A stretch of 64,000 nt of DNA, from NCBI GenBank assembly GCA_039588295.1, contig JBDHAB010000007.1, positions 128,001-192,000 on the forward strand, read 5' to 3'. The position numbers and the translations under genes are program-made. Position 1 is the stretch's first letter. Every line of letters begins with the position of its first letter. Shown here piece after piece: positions 11,765-20,694 of the stretch. The notes beneath the pieces were generated by a model that saw nothing but the letters and a program-made list of their open reading frames with translations, was not told the origin of the DNA and made no database searches. This DNA comes from Gemmatimonadota bacterium. Lineage in GTDB: Bacteria; Gemmatimonadota; Gemmatimonadetes; Gemmatimonadales; GWC2-71-9.

Positions 11765-12951
11765 GGCGGCTTGCCGTCCTCATGACGACGGCCTTCGTGG
11801 ACATGCTCGGCTTCGCGATGGTGTTTCCGCTTCTGCCGTTCTATGCACTCCGATTCGAGGCCGCCGAATGGGTGATCGGCTGGATGATCGCCAGCTTCTC
11901 CATCATGCAACTCGCGTCTGCCCCGGTGTGGGGTCGCCTCTCCGACAGCTTCGGACGCCGCACGTCGATTCTGTTTGGCCTGGGCACCTCCGCGATCGCG
12001 TTTGTCATCTTCGGGTTCGCCGGGAGCATTTGGATGTTGTTCCTGTCCCGCCTCGTGCAGGGCTTCGGAGGCGGCACGACCGGTGTGCTCCAGGCGTACG
12101 TGGCGGACGTCACGGAGCCCAAGGATCGCGCGAAGGCCTTGGGGTGGCTGTCGGCTGCTACCGGTGCGGGGGTGATGATCGGCCCCGCGATCGGCTCGCT
12201 TGCCTTCAAGCTCGGAACTGAGGCGCCCGGCCTCGTGGCCGCGGCGCTGTGTGCCGTGAACATCGCGTTCGCCAGACGGTGGCTGCCGGAGTCATATCCT
12301 GGACACGAACGGTCCCGCGATCAACAGCGCGGCCGTGCGTTGCCACGGTCGATCCGCAGCATGGTGTTTGAAATCCTGCGGGAACCCGGCGCGGAGGTGG
12401 CACGGCTCATCTGGATCTACGCGGCCGGAATGCTCGGCTTCATGTCGATGACCGGTGTTCTCGCACTCTACCTCGCCAGCGATTTTGGCATCACCGAGGA
12501 ATCGATCTTCATCTTCTTCGTGTACGTCGGAGCGATTGGCGTCATCATGCGGGCCGTCATGCTGGGCAAGCTGATCGACTGGCTGGGCGAGGTGAAGCTC
12601 ATGCGCGTCGGGGCAGGGCTGCTCGCGCTCGGACTGCTGGTGATCCCGCTTCCGCGCTCGATTGTCACACTCGGTCTGGTGCTCGGGCTGGTTCCCATCG
12701 GCACCGCGTGCCTCTTCCCAGCGCTCTCGGCGCTCATTTCACACCGCGCCGCCAAACACGAGCTGGGCCAAACCCTCGGTGTGCAACAGGCATTTGGCGG
12801 CGTCGCACGCGTGATCGCCCCGATCTGGTCGACGGCCGCCTTTCAGGGACTCGGAGTCGGCGTACCCTTCTACATCGCAGGTGGCATCGTGGCGTTTGTC
12901 ACACTCCTCGCCTTCGGTGTGAAGGGGCGGGACTTCGCCGAGGCGACGTAG
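11761..12951 (+). CDS. MFS transporter (TetA/DHA1-like)
   Basis: Motif A GRLSDSFGRR, DMLGFAMVFPLLP, QAYVADVT and GPAIG; 12 TM. Confidence 0.92.
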   Translation: MRRLAVLMTTAFVDMLGFAMVFPLLPFYALRFEAAEWVIGWMIASFSIMQLASAPVWGRLSDSFGRRTSILFGLGTSAIAFVIFGFAGSIWMLFLSRLVQGFGGGTTGVLQAYVADVTEPKDRAKALGWLSAATGAGVMIGPAIGSLAFKLGTEAPGLVAAALCAVNIAFARRWLPESYPGHERSRDQQRGRALPRSIRSMVFEILREPGAEVARLIWIYAAGMLGFMSMTGVLALYLASDFGITEESIFIFFVYVGAIGVIMRAVMLGKLIDWLGEVKLMRVGAGLLALGLLVIPLPRSIVTLGLVLGLVPIGTACLFPALSALISHRAAKHELGQTLGVQQAFGGVARVIAPIWSTAAFQGLGVGVPFYIAGGIVAFVTLLAFGVKGRDFAEAT

Positions 12952-12955
12952 GGAC

Positions 12956-14629
12956 TCACGTCCGTTCCTGACTCGAATACACCACGGCACCACCCAAGAC
13001 CGTGAGCAGCACCCTTGTGTCGAGGATCCGCTCGGGTGCAATCGTCATAATGTCCTGATCCAGCACGACGAAGTCGGCGTACTTGCCGGGTGAGAGCGAT
13101 CCGGCGACGTCCTCCATGAATGCGGCGTAGGCTGGCCACAGCGTCATGCTCTTCAGCGCCTCTTCACGCGTCGTGCGTTCATTGGGGAACCACCCCCCGG
13201 CCGGCCAACTGCTTGCGTCCTGGCGCGTAATGAACGCTTTGAACGAGATCAGCGGGTTGGGCGACTCCACCGGAAAATCGGATCCGTTGGGAACTACGAC
13301 ACCCGTGTTGAGCAGCGTCCGCCACGCATACGCGCCCTGTACGCGCGTCCACCCCAGTCGGTTGATCGCCCAGTACATGTCGCTGGTTTGATGACTGCCC
13401 TGCATCGACGGAATCACGTCGAGCTCGGCAAACCGCGGGAGGTCCTGGAAGTGAATGATCTGCGCATGCTCGACGCGGAACCGGTGGTCGGCCGTGGGCA
13501 CTTCGCGCAGCGCCGCTTCGAACGCGTTGAGGACGGTCCGGTTGGCCCGGTCGCCGATGGCGTGCACGTTGAGCTGAAAGCCGTTTTGCAGCGCCCGGAC
13601 GGCCACTTCTTCGATGCGCTCATACGGTGTTGTCTCGAGACCGGAATTGCCCGGGTCGTCGGTATAGGGTTCGAGGAGTGCCGCGCCACGGCTCCCCAAT
13701 GCACCGTCCGCCGAGATCTTGATGGCACGGATCCACAAGCGGCCGTCGTGCAGCCGCTCCTGTGGGCCCCGCTCGAAGTACCGTTGCAGCGTCGAGTCGT
13801 CAGAGCTGATCATCACGTAGTTGCGCAGGCTGTACTGTCCGTCGCGCGCGAGCGCTTCATACAGGTCGATCGTGCTCGATCCAACACCGGCATCGTGAAT
13901 CCCGGTGAGACCCCATCGATTCGCTTCCGCGACCGCGGCCAGGGCCCGGGCCCGCATCTCGCCTTGCGATGGCGCCGGTATCGCCCGGCCCACCAACCCC
14001 TGCGCACGGTCGATCAGCACGCCGGTCGGGTCTCCAGCGTCGTTACGTAGCACGCGGCCGCCTGACGGATTGGGAGTGGCGGCGGAGACTTCGGCCAGCT
14101 CCATAGCCGCGGCGTTGACGAGGGCCGCGTGACCATCCACTCGGCCCAGGTAGACGGGGTGATCTGGCACCGCCCGTGACAGTGCCTCGTGTGTGGGGAA
14201 CCGAGTGTCGGCCCAATCGTTCTGATCCCACCCCCTCCCGCGAATCCATTCGCCCGTTGGCGTGGTGCGGGCGCGATCCACGACACGCTGGACGATCTCT
14301 TCATACGAACGGGTACCGACGAGGTCGACGATGCGAAGGGACGTGCCGAGGCTCATGAGGTGTGCGTGGGCGTCCACCATGCCCGGAATGACCGTCTGGC
14401 CCTCGAGATCCATCCGTTGGGTCAGGGGGCCAGCCAGCGCCTCCACCGCTCGGCGACTGCCCACGACCATGACCCGCCCGGCACGGACCGCCATGGCTTC
14501 GGCCAGCGGCCGGTTGGGGTCGACGGTGTGAATCCGCGCATTGTAGACGATGAGGTCGGCCGTCGGCTGTTGTGCGTGCAACGCCGACGCGGTCACGACC
14601 GCGGCGAGGAGGAAGATTCGACGTGTCAT
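12956..14629 (-). CDS. Secreted amidohydrolase (YtcJ / Amidohydro_3 family)
   Basis: Signal peptide, PGMVDAHAH, GWDQNDW, DGALGSRGAAL, HAIGDRAN, RVEHAQ and GSDFPVE. Confidence 0.93.
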   Translation of the reverse strand: MTRRIFLLAAVVTASALHAQQPTADLIVYNARIHTVDPNRPLAEAMAVRAGRVMVVGSRRAVEALAGPLTQRMDLEGQTVIPGMVDAHAHLMSLGTSLRIVDLVGTRSYEEIVQRVVDRARTTPTGEWIRGRGWDQNDWADTRFPTHEALSRAVPDHPVYLGRVDGHAALVNAAAMELAEVSAATPNPSGGRVLRNDAGDPTGVLIDRAQGLVGRAIPAPSQGEMRARALAAVAEANRWGLTGIHDAGVGSSTIDLYEALARDGQYSLRNYVMISSDDSTLQRYFERGPQERLHDGRLWIRAIKISADGALGSRGAALLEPYTDDPGNSGLETTPYERIEEVAVRALQNGFQLNVHAIGDRANRTVLNAFEAALREVPTADHRFRVEHAQIIHFQDLPRFAELDVIPSMQGSHQTSDMYWAINRLGWTRVQGAYAWRTLLNTGVVVPNGSDFPVESPNPLISFKAFITRQDASSWPAGGWFPNERTTREEALKSMTLWPAYAAFMEDVAGSLSPGKYADFVVLDQDIMTIAPERILDTRVLLTVLGGAVVYSSQERT

Positions 14630-14651
14630 AATTGGCCTCGTGCCGTGTTGG

Positions 14652-15515
14652 CTACTGCGCGGGTAGACTGAGATGCTCCGCGAGGAACCGATGCATTCGC
14701 TCGCGATATTCGGCACCACCGAGCGCGTACGTGTCGTTGTGTCCCGCGCCTTCGATGAGCACAAACTCTTCGGCACGCCCCGAATCCGCTACCATCTGCC
14801 CCATCGCGGGCGGAGCGATCCGGTCTTCGCTTCCGTGAAACACCAGCAGTGGCACGGTGAGGCGCGCCGCCCGCCGCAGGTTGTTGAGTCGAAGGGTCAG
14901 AAGCGAACTCGGGACCAGTGCGTAGTGCTCCCGCGCCATGTCCCGCCCGCTCGTGAACGGTGATTCGAGGACGACGGCGCGTACGGGCCGCTCGGTGGCC
15001 AGGTGGAGTGCGACGGCACTGCCAATGGAACGGCCGTACACGGCGATCCGCGTGCTATCGATCTCCTGCCGCCGGGAGAGGTAGCTCCATGCCGCTTCCG
15101 CGTCGCGGTAGACTCCCCGCTCGGTCGGTCTCCCGCCACTTTGCCCATATCCCCGGTAGTCGAGGACGAGCATGCCGATCCCCGGTGGGCGAAACTCGCG
15201 GAGCACGGGTCCCAGCGCGCCGACGGTCTCCATGTTGCCGTAGAACCACAACAGACCCGGTGCGCCGGCTGCTGCCGGTTTTGGAACGGGAGGCAGGTAC
15301 CAGCCGCGGAGCACGACACTGTCCCTCGTGGTCACGGTCACGACCTCGCCGTCAGCGATGCCAAAGTCGCTTGGCGAGGGCAGGGCCCCCCGTGGCCCCG
15401 GAAACGCCAGGCGGTCCTGGAATCGCCACGCCAAGAACGCGACAGCCGCGTACACGACGACGACAGCCGCGAGGATCTTCAGCGCGATCGATAACACGCG
15501 GGGAAAGTTAACCAT
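14652..15515 (-). CDS. Alpha/beta hydrolase (ABHD13/BEM46-like) with N-terminal TM
   Basis: DYRGYGQSGG, GRSIG nucleophile, LESPFTS, HGSEDRI and GAGHND. Confidence 0.9.
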   Translation of the reverse strand: MVNFPRVLSIALKILAAVVVVYAAVAFLAWRFQDRLAFPGPRGALPSPSDFGIADGEVVTVTTRDSVVLRGWYLPPVPKPAAAGAPGLLWFYGNMETVGALGPVLREFRPPGIGMLVLDYRGYGQSGGRPTERGVYRDAEAAWSYLSRRQEIDSTRIAVYGRSIGSAVALHLATERPVRAVVLESPFTSGRDMAREHYALVPSSLLTLRLNNLRRAARLTVPLLVFHGSEDRIAPPAMGQMVADSGRAEEFVLIEGAGHNDTYALGGAEYRERMHRFLAEHLSLPAQ

Positions 15516-16869
15516 CGGTTGCACCCTGCCCCTGCACCTCCGTGGGTCCCGCTGCGACACAAGTTCGGCGAGCGGCTCCAACCCAGACGCGGACTTCGGC
15601 CGGAGTTGGTCGCGCCGCACGCAAGGGGCCCGAGGTCATCTCGTCGGTTGCCTGTGCCTCACGATAGCGGTGCCACAGGGTGGCGGGCGACTGCCGAGCG
15701 AGCGCACAGATTGAGCGCACGCCGATCGTCTGCAGCACCGTAGCGTGTTCGGTCCCGATGCCCCGGAGCGTCGAGACACGTGCGCTGGCGACGAGGGCCC
15801 GGGCCCGAGCGGTATCGATCCCGGTCCGTTCGGCCATGGTGTCCGGATGCGTGCGCGACATGGAGAACGGCGAGGAGAACCCGCCGCTGGTCAATCGCGC
15901 GGTCTCGGTGGGCGTGATACCCGGCAGCGATGCAACACGCGGAGTCGTGGAGCTGATGGTCCACCGCTCCATCCCGGCCAACGTGGCGACGGCGAAGACC
16001 GCTGCCCCCGCGAGGGCAGCGAAACCGGCCCGCCGATTCACCTTGCGTGTTGCGCTCGCGGTGTCCGGCGGTACGGCGATGCCGAGGACACAGAGCGCGT
16101 GGTACATCGCCCAGGCTTCGAGCGCAAAGAACCCGAAGCCCAAGAATCCCAACGGAGGCATCTCGAAGAGCTTGGTCTGCTCCAGCCACGGTACCGTGTA
16201 GATCCACTTGCCTCGAGCCCAAGCGTTGAAGAACTCCCACAGAATGCCAACGCCGACCCCACCGATCATCAGGCGCCCGATCCTGCCCCACTCCCCTCGT
16301 GTGATGTCACCCAGCAGCGACCACTGTGGACGCGAGCGGAACACGAACGGGTCGATCAACAGCCAGAGCGCCCCCCACACGAGCGGAAAAAACGTTCGGG
16401 GCGCAAGAATGGCCAACGTCGCCATCGCCGCGCCGAGCGCGACGGCGACGTGCAGGCTCCGATTGCCGGCCCGGCTCGGCGCGCCTCGCCAGCTCCGACC
16501 GATGCCCAGACCGGCGAGCACGCGTTCGGCGAGCAGGAGCGCCGGGACCACCGTGGCGAACGACACGAGGATGCCGACCCAACGCTCGACGCCATGGTCC
16601 GGAAGGAATACATAGTACCAGTTGCGCAAGCGGAAGTTGAATCCCTCGAAGACCAGCCAGATGACCGCTGACCAACCAAGCAGCGAGAGCACCCGGAGCG
16701 GCCGGCGGAAGAGACTCTCTCCGCCGCCGACCGCGCACGACACTCGGTCGAGCACCACGAGCGTGGGATACCACGCGAGGACGAAGAACCACGTCGGAAC
16801 CGGGGCCACATCGCGGAGCAGTAGGATCCACGCGGCCCCGATGATCCCGACCGAGAGCGCCACGATCAT
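15508..16869 (-). CDS. Polytopic membrane protein with C-terminal helix-hairpin-helix (DUF4332-like) domain
   Basis: About 9 hydrophobic segments, then LPGITP and LRGIGTEHATVLQTIGV...PTPAEVRVWV. Confidence 0.75.
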   Translation of the reverse strand: MIVALSVGIIGAAWILLLRDVAPVPTWFFVLAWYPTLVVLDRVSCAVGGGESLFRRPLRVLSLLGWSAVIWLVFEGFNFRLRNWYYVFLPDHGVERWVGILVSFATVVPALLLAERVLAGLGIGRSWRGAPSRAGNRSLHVAVALGAAMATLAILAPRTFFPLVWGALWLLIDPFVFRSRPQWSLLGDITRGEWGRIGRLMIGGVGVGILWEFFNAWARGKWIYTVPWLEQTKLFEMPPLGFLGFGFFALEAWAMYHALCVLGIAVPPDTASATRKVNRRAGFAALAGAAVFAVATLAGMERWTISSTTPRVASLPGITPTETARLTSGGFSSPFSMSRTHPDTMAERTGIDTARARALVASARVSTLRGIGTEHATVLQTIGVRSICALARQSPATLWHRYREAQATDEMTSGPLRAARPTPAEVRVWVGAARRTCVAAGPTEVQGQGATDG

Positions 16870-16954
16870 AGGCTGGAAAGTCGCGAGGCAAGGCTGCGGC
16901 CGCCAGTCGTTTGCTGGCTTGCTTCTCTTACCGCCACCGGATTGATTGCCGGAC

Positions 16955-17884
16955 ATGTCGGACGCTGCAATTGCCTGCCGAGGCATCGTCAAGCGGTATG
17001 AGGGAGTGATTGCCGTCGCCGGAATCGACCTCGAAGTTCGTCGGGGCGAGTGTTTCGGCCTGCTCGGACCCAATGGCGCCGGAAAGACGACGACAATCGA
17101 GATCATCCAGGGGCTGCTCGCGCCGGACGAGGGGGATGTCGAGGTGCTGGGTCTCTCGTGGGCAGACGCCGAGTTCCGTCTGCGGCAGAGCTTCGGAAGC
17201 CAGCTCCAGGAGACCAAGCTCCCGGACAAGCTCACCGTCGAGGAGGTCATCCGGTTGTTCCGGAGCTTCTACCGTCGAGGAACCACGGTCGACCATGTGC
17301 TGCAGGAAGTGCAGCTGGAGGAGAAGCGACGCGCCTGGGTGAGCAAGCTGTCGGGCGGTCAGCGGCAACGGCTTGCGGTCGCCTGTGCGCTGGTGTGTGA
17401 TCCCGAGGTGCTGTTTCTCGATGAGCCGACGACCGGTCTCGACCCGCAGTCGCGACGCCAAGTGTGGGACATCGTGTCGCGGTTTCGACTCCAGCGTGGC
17501 ACGGTCCTCATCACGACCCACTACATGGAAGAGGCGGAGCGCCTCTGCGACCGAGTGGCGATTATCGATCACGGTCACGTCATCGCCTTGGATTCTCCAC
17601 GGCGACTGATCGCGTCGCTCGGTGCCGAGCACGTAGTGGAGTTCGTACCGCAGGGTGGCGTCGTCGTGCCTGACACGGACTACCTCGAGCTGCCCGGCGT
17701 CGAGTCGGTGGCACACGACGATGGGAAGACGAGGCTGACCGCCAGTCACGTGCATCGGGTCGTACCGGCGCTCATGCGTCTGTTGGAGGCGCGTGGCGTG
17801 TCGCTCGACGAGCTCACGACGCATCATGCCACGCTCGAGGACGTGTTCCTCTCGCTCACCGGGAGGCACCTGCGGGATGAGTAG
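16955..17884 (+). CDS. ABC-2 type exporter ATP-binding protein
   Basis: GPNGAGKT, LSGGQRQR, LDEPTTGLDP and TTHYMEEA. Confidence 0.95.
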   Translation: MSDAAIACRGIVKRYEGVIAVAGIDLEVRRGECFGLLGPNGAGKTTTIEIIQGLLAPDEGDVEVLGLSWADAEFRLRQSFGSQLQETKLPDKLTVEEVIRLFRSFYRRGTTVDHVLQEVQLEEKRRAWVSKLSGGQRQRLAVACALVCDPEVLFLDEPTTGLDPQSRRQVWDIVSRFRLQRGTVLITTHYMEEAERLCDRVAIIDHGHVIALDSPRRLIASLGAEHVVEFVPQGGVVVPDTDYLELPGVESVAHDDGKTRLTASHVHRVVPALMRLLEARGVSLDELTTHHATLEDVFLSLTGRHLRDE

Positions 17885-18917
17885 GATCGACTCCAGCGCC
17901 CTCATGCAGCTCACGCTGTGGCGTCTCCGCGAATTCACGCGGGAACCTGAGGCGCTGTTCTGGGTGTTTGCGTTTCCGATCGTGCTCGCGTTTGCGTTGG
18001 GGTTGGCGTTCAAGAGTAGAGCGCCGGAGATGGTACGTGTTGCGGTGGAAGACGTGGCGGGCGCCGATGCGTTGCTGGGCGCACTCGAAGCATCTGACCG
18101 GATCATGCCGGTCCTGCTGGGTGCGGAAGAAGCGCACACCCGTCTCCGCACGGGGCGCGTGGCGTTGGTGCTGCAGCCGGGCGAGCCGGTGCGCCTCGAG
18201 TACGACTCGACCCGAAGTGAGAGCCAGCTCGCGCGACTCGTGGTGGCCGACGCCCTGCAGGAGGCGGCCGGCCGGCGCGATGTTCGTGAAATCCGGGACG
18301 TGCGGGTCACCGAGCCCGGAGCGCGCTACATCGATTTCCTCATCCCAGGCCTTCTGGGGCTCAACATCATGGGAACGGGCATGTGGGGTGTCGGATTCGG
18401 GATCGTGAAGAGCCGGGAGCAGAAGCTCCTGAAACGATTCCTCGCGTCTCCGATGCGGCGGAGTGAGTACCTGTTGTCGTACGTGCTGGCGCGGCTGGTC
18501 TTTCTGGGCTTGGAGGTGGGAGCCGTCCTCGCCTTTGGCTCCCTCGTGTTCGATGTCCCCGTGCGCGGGTCGCTCATTGGCATCGCTGCCATCGCCGTCG
18601 TCGGTGCCATGACGTTCGCTGGACTGGGAACCCTCGTTGCCAGTCGTGCGCGCACCGTCGAGGGCGTCTCCGGGCTCATGAACTTGGTCATGGTGCCGAT
18701 GTGGATCTGTTCGGGAGTGTTCTTCGCGTACTCGAACTTTCCGGACGCCACGCAGCCCTTCATCCGGGCACTGCCGCTCACCGCTCTCAACGATGCGCTT
18801 CGGGTGGTGATTCTCGACGGGGTTCCGCTGACGGCGACAGCGGGTCTTCTCGGTGTGCTGGCCCTCTGGGGAGTCACGAGCTTCTGGCTCGCGCTCAAGT
18901 GGTTTCGCTGGGAGTGA
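17877..18917 (+). CDS. ABC-2 type exporter permease
   Basis: N-terminal TM, periplasmic loop, YIDFLIPGLLG and five C-terminal TMs. Overlaps the ATPase stop. Confidence 0.92.
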   Translation: MSRIDSSALMQLTLWRLREFTREPEALFWVFAFPIVLAFALGLAFKSRAPEMVRVAVEDVAGADALLGALEASDRIMPVLLGAEEAHTRLRTGRVALVLQPGEPVRLEYDSTRSESQLARLVVADALQEAAGRRDVREIRDVRVTEPGARYIDFLIPGLLGLNIMGTGMWGVGFGIVKSREQKLLKRFLASPMRRSEYLLSYVLARLVFLGLEVGAVLAFGSLVFDVPVRGSLIGIAAIAVVGAMTFAGLGTLVASRARTVEGVSGLMNLVMVPMWICSGVFFAYSNFPDATQPFIRALPLTALNDALRVVILDGVPLTATAGLLGVLALWGVTSFWLALKWFRWE

Positions 18918-18938
18918 GCGAAGAAGAGATGAGGGGAG

Positions 18939-18998
18939 AAGGAACAAGGGATAAGGAACAAGGAACAAGGAACAAGGGATAAGGGATAGGGATCAGGG
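18939..18998 (+). repeat. Purine-rich heptamer tandem array (AAGGAAC / AAGGGAT)
   Basis: AAGGAAC-AAGGGAT-AAGGAAC-AAGGAAC-AAGGAAC-AAGGGAT-AAGGGAT-AGGGAT-CAGGG, lying between two convergent genes. Confidence 0.9.
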
Positions 18999-19024
18999 CC
19001 GAGATAAGACGGGCGCGAGGACGC

Positions 19025-19843
19025 TTAGGGCTGCTCCGATCTTCGGTACCTCGCCAGGAGATCCTCCACTGCTTCGACGACCGCGGCCCCGTGGGTCACC
19101 GGCAAGCCGTGGCCGGCCCCTTCGATCACACGCAGCTCGGCACCACGGATCCGTCGCGTGAGGTCCTCCGCGACGTCGACCGGGAACAGGCTATCGTCGG
19201 TGCCGTGCAGTACGATGGTTGACGCGTCGAGCGCGTCGAGCCGATCGCGAACGTCGAAGCCGTCCATGGCGAACCGATAGGACCGCATCGCCCGCCAGTC
19301 GGTGTTCCGCCAGCCCGCCAGGTCGAGTGACAGGTCCGACTGACGGCGTAGCGACCCGAAGTCGACGCGTCCCACGTCGTCATGGCCCCGCCCAAGCACC
19401 AGCTTCGCAAGTCGCGTGATCCACCGACGGTTCCAGAACGCCATGAACGGCTTGAGGCCGATGCGCCGACCGCGGCCGAACGGGAACGCGACCTTGAGGT
19501 GCAGGGCATCGAACATCGGGCCTGCGGTCGTCGCTATCAGCACGAGACCGTCGATCCGCGCCAGCGCCGCGTTCTGCGGTGCGAGTAGCCAGGAGAGGGC
19601 GAGCATTCCGCCGAAGCTGTGTGCGACAACGATGCGAGGCAGACTCCGCCACTCGGGCTCGTGCCGTAGGACCTCTTCGAGACGGCCAGCGTAGAGTGCC
19701 ATGCCGGGCCTCTTGGCACCTTCGCCAGCGGGGCCAACGCTGAGCTGGTTGAAATCCACCGCCAGGGTCGACGCGCTCAGCGCCGGCATGGCCGTGCTGT
19801 TGAGGGTCATGCCCGGGAGCAGGAGCACCACCGGATCAGCCAT
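19025..19843 (-). CDS. Alpha/beta fold hydrolase
   Basis: LLLPG oxyanion loop, AHSFGG nucleophile elbow, HGTDDSL and GAGH. Confidence 0.85.
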   Translation of the reverse strand: MADPVVLLLPGMTLNSTAMPALSASTLAVDFNQLSVGPAGEGAKRPGMALYAGRLEEVLRHEPEWRSLPRIVVAHSFGGMLALSWLLAPQNAALARIDGLVLIATTAGPMFDALHLKVAFPFGRGRRIGLKPFMAFWNRRWITRLAKLVLGRGHDDVGRVDFGSLRRQSDLSLDLAGWRNTDWRAMRSYRFAMDGFDVRDRLDALDASTIVLHGTDDSLFPVDVAEDLTRRIRGAELRVIEGAGHGLPVTHGAAVVEAVEDLLARYRRSEQP

Positions 19844-19917
19844 CGCAATCTCTCATGCCCACTCGTCCACGCCGCACGCCGCCGTGCCTCGCACCTCGGT
19901 CTGAAACCCGGAGCCGC

Positions 19918-19947
19918 TTGACCGCGTACGTACCCAGGGGGTAGGTT
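19918..19947 (+). promoter_or_regulatory. Putative sigma70 promoter of the tetR-tolC-MFP-RND operon
   Basis: TTGACC-N18-TAGGTT upstream of tetR; the -10 overlaps the operator palindrome. Confidence 0.45.
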
Positions 19948-19974
19948 AACGCCGTTAACTTAACGGTGTTAACC
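19944..19974. promoter_or_regulatory. Palindromic operator, probably bound by the adjacent TetR
   Basis: GGTTAACGCCGTTAACTTAACGGTGTTAACC is a near-perfect 31-bp inverted repeat made of two (G)TTAAC-N3-GTTAAC units. It is AT-rich within GC-rich DNA. Confidence 0.75.
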
Positions 19975-20022
19975 CGGCGGGACCGGGGTGGCACACCGTG
20001 AGGATCTGGAAGGAAGGTACAC

Positions 20023-20694
20023 ATGACTGTACGCGACGCCGCGGTTCGCGGCGCGGATGTCGAGCAGGCGGCGTTGGATGCGGCTCGAGATCTCCTTGCG
20101 AGTGGGGGCCTCGAGGGACTGTCGATGCGCTCCGTCGCGGAGCGGGTCGGGGTCAGTGCCACCGCCTTGTACCGCTATTTCGAGAACAAGGAAGCCCTGA
20201 TCGGCCGGGTCGTTCAGCGCGGGTTTCGGCAATTCGGCGACTATCTGCAAGCGGCGGCGGACCAGTATCCGCGCGGTTCGATGGAGCGGGTACGTGCGCT
20301 CGGTGAAGCCTACCTCGGGTTTGCCATCGAGAACCAATCATACTTCCGGGTGCTGTTCAGCATCCATCACGGGGGTCGGCACACCCTCGATGACCTGCCT
20401 GAAGGCGGTGGCTACGGCCTGCTGCGGCAAGCGGTGGTGGACGCGATCGCCGCAGGATCGATCCGGCGGGCGGATCCGGATCACGTCGTCATGTTCCTGT
20501 GGAGTCTGACGCACGGCTTGTTAACCATCTCCATGGCGTGCAACATCGAGCATTGTCCCGAGTTCGGCCCGGAAACCGTGTCGCGCAGTCCGGCAGATCT
20601 GTTTCGCGCGTTCGGACTGTTCGTCCAGCACGGAATCGCTCCGGACAACGTTGACGGAGAGGAACGGGATGGCGCAAAAGGGGGGAGCGCGTGA
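20023..20694 (+). CDS. TetR/AcrR family transcriptional regulator (WHG-like C-terminus)
   Basis: HTH LSMRSVAERVGVSATALYRYFENKEAL; WSLTHGL. Confidence 0.95.
   Translation: MTVRDAAVRGADVEQAALDAARDLLASGGLEGLSMRSVAERVGVSATALYRYFENKEALIGRVVQRGFRQFGDYLQAAADQYPRGSMERVRALGEAYLGFAIENQSYFRVLFSIHHGGRHTLDDLPEGGGYGLLRQAVVDAIAAGSIRRADPDHVVMFLWSLTHGLLTISMACNIEHCPEFGPETVSRSPADLFRAFGLFVQHGIAPDNVDGEERDGAKGGSA

Noticed and set aside
16870..17250. N-terminal extension of the DUF4332-like ORF to 17250
   Set aside because: It overlaps the divergent ABC ATPase antisense. The hydrophobic protein begins at ATG 16869.
18939..18998. Repeat array considered as a CRISPR or as a coding repeat (ORFs 17856-18968 minus, 18326-18961 minus, 18701-18982 plus)
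   Set aside because: The units are 7 bp with no spacers and there are no cas genes. The ORFs are shadows of the ABC permease.
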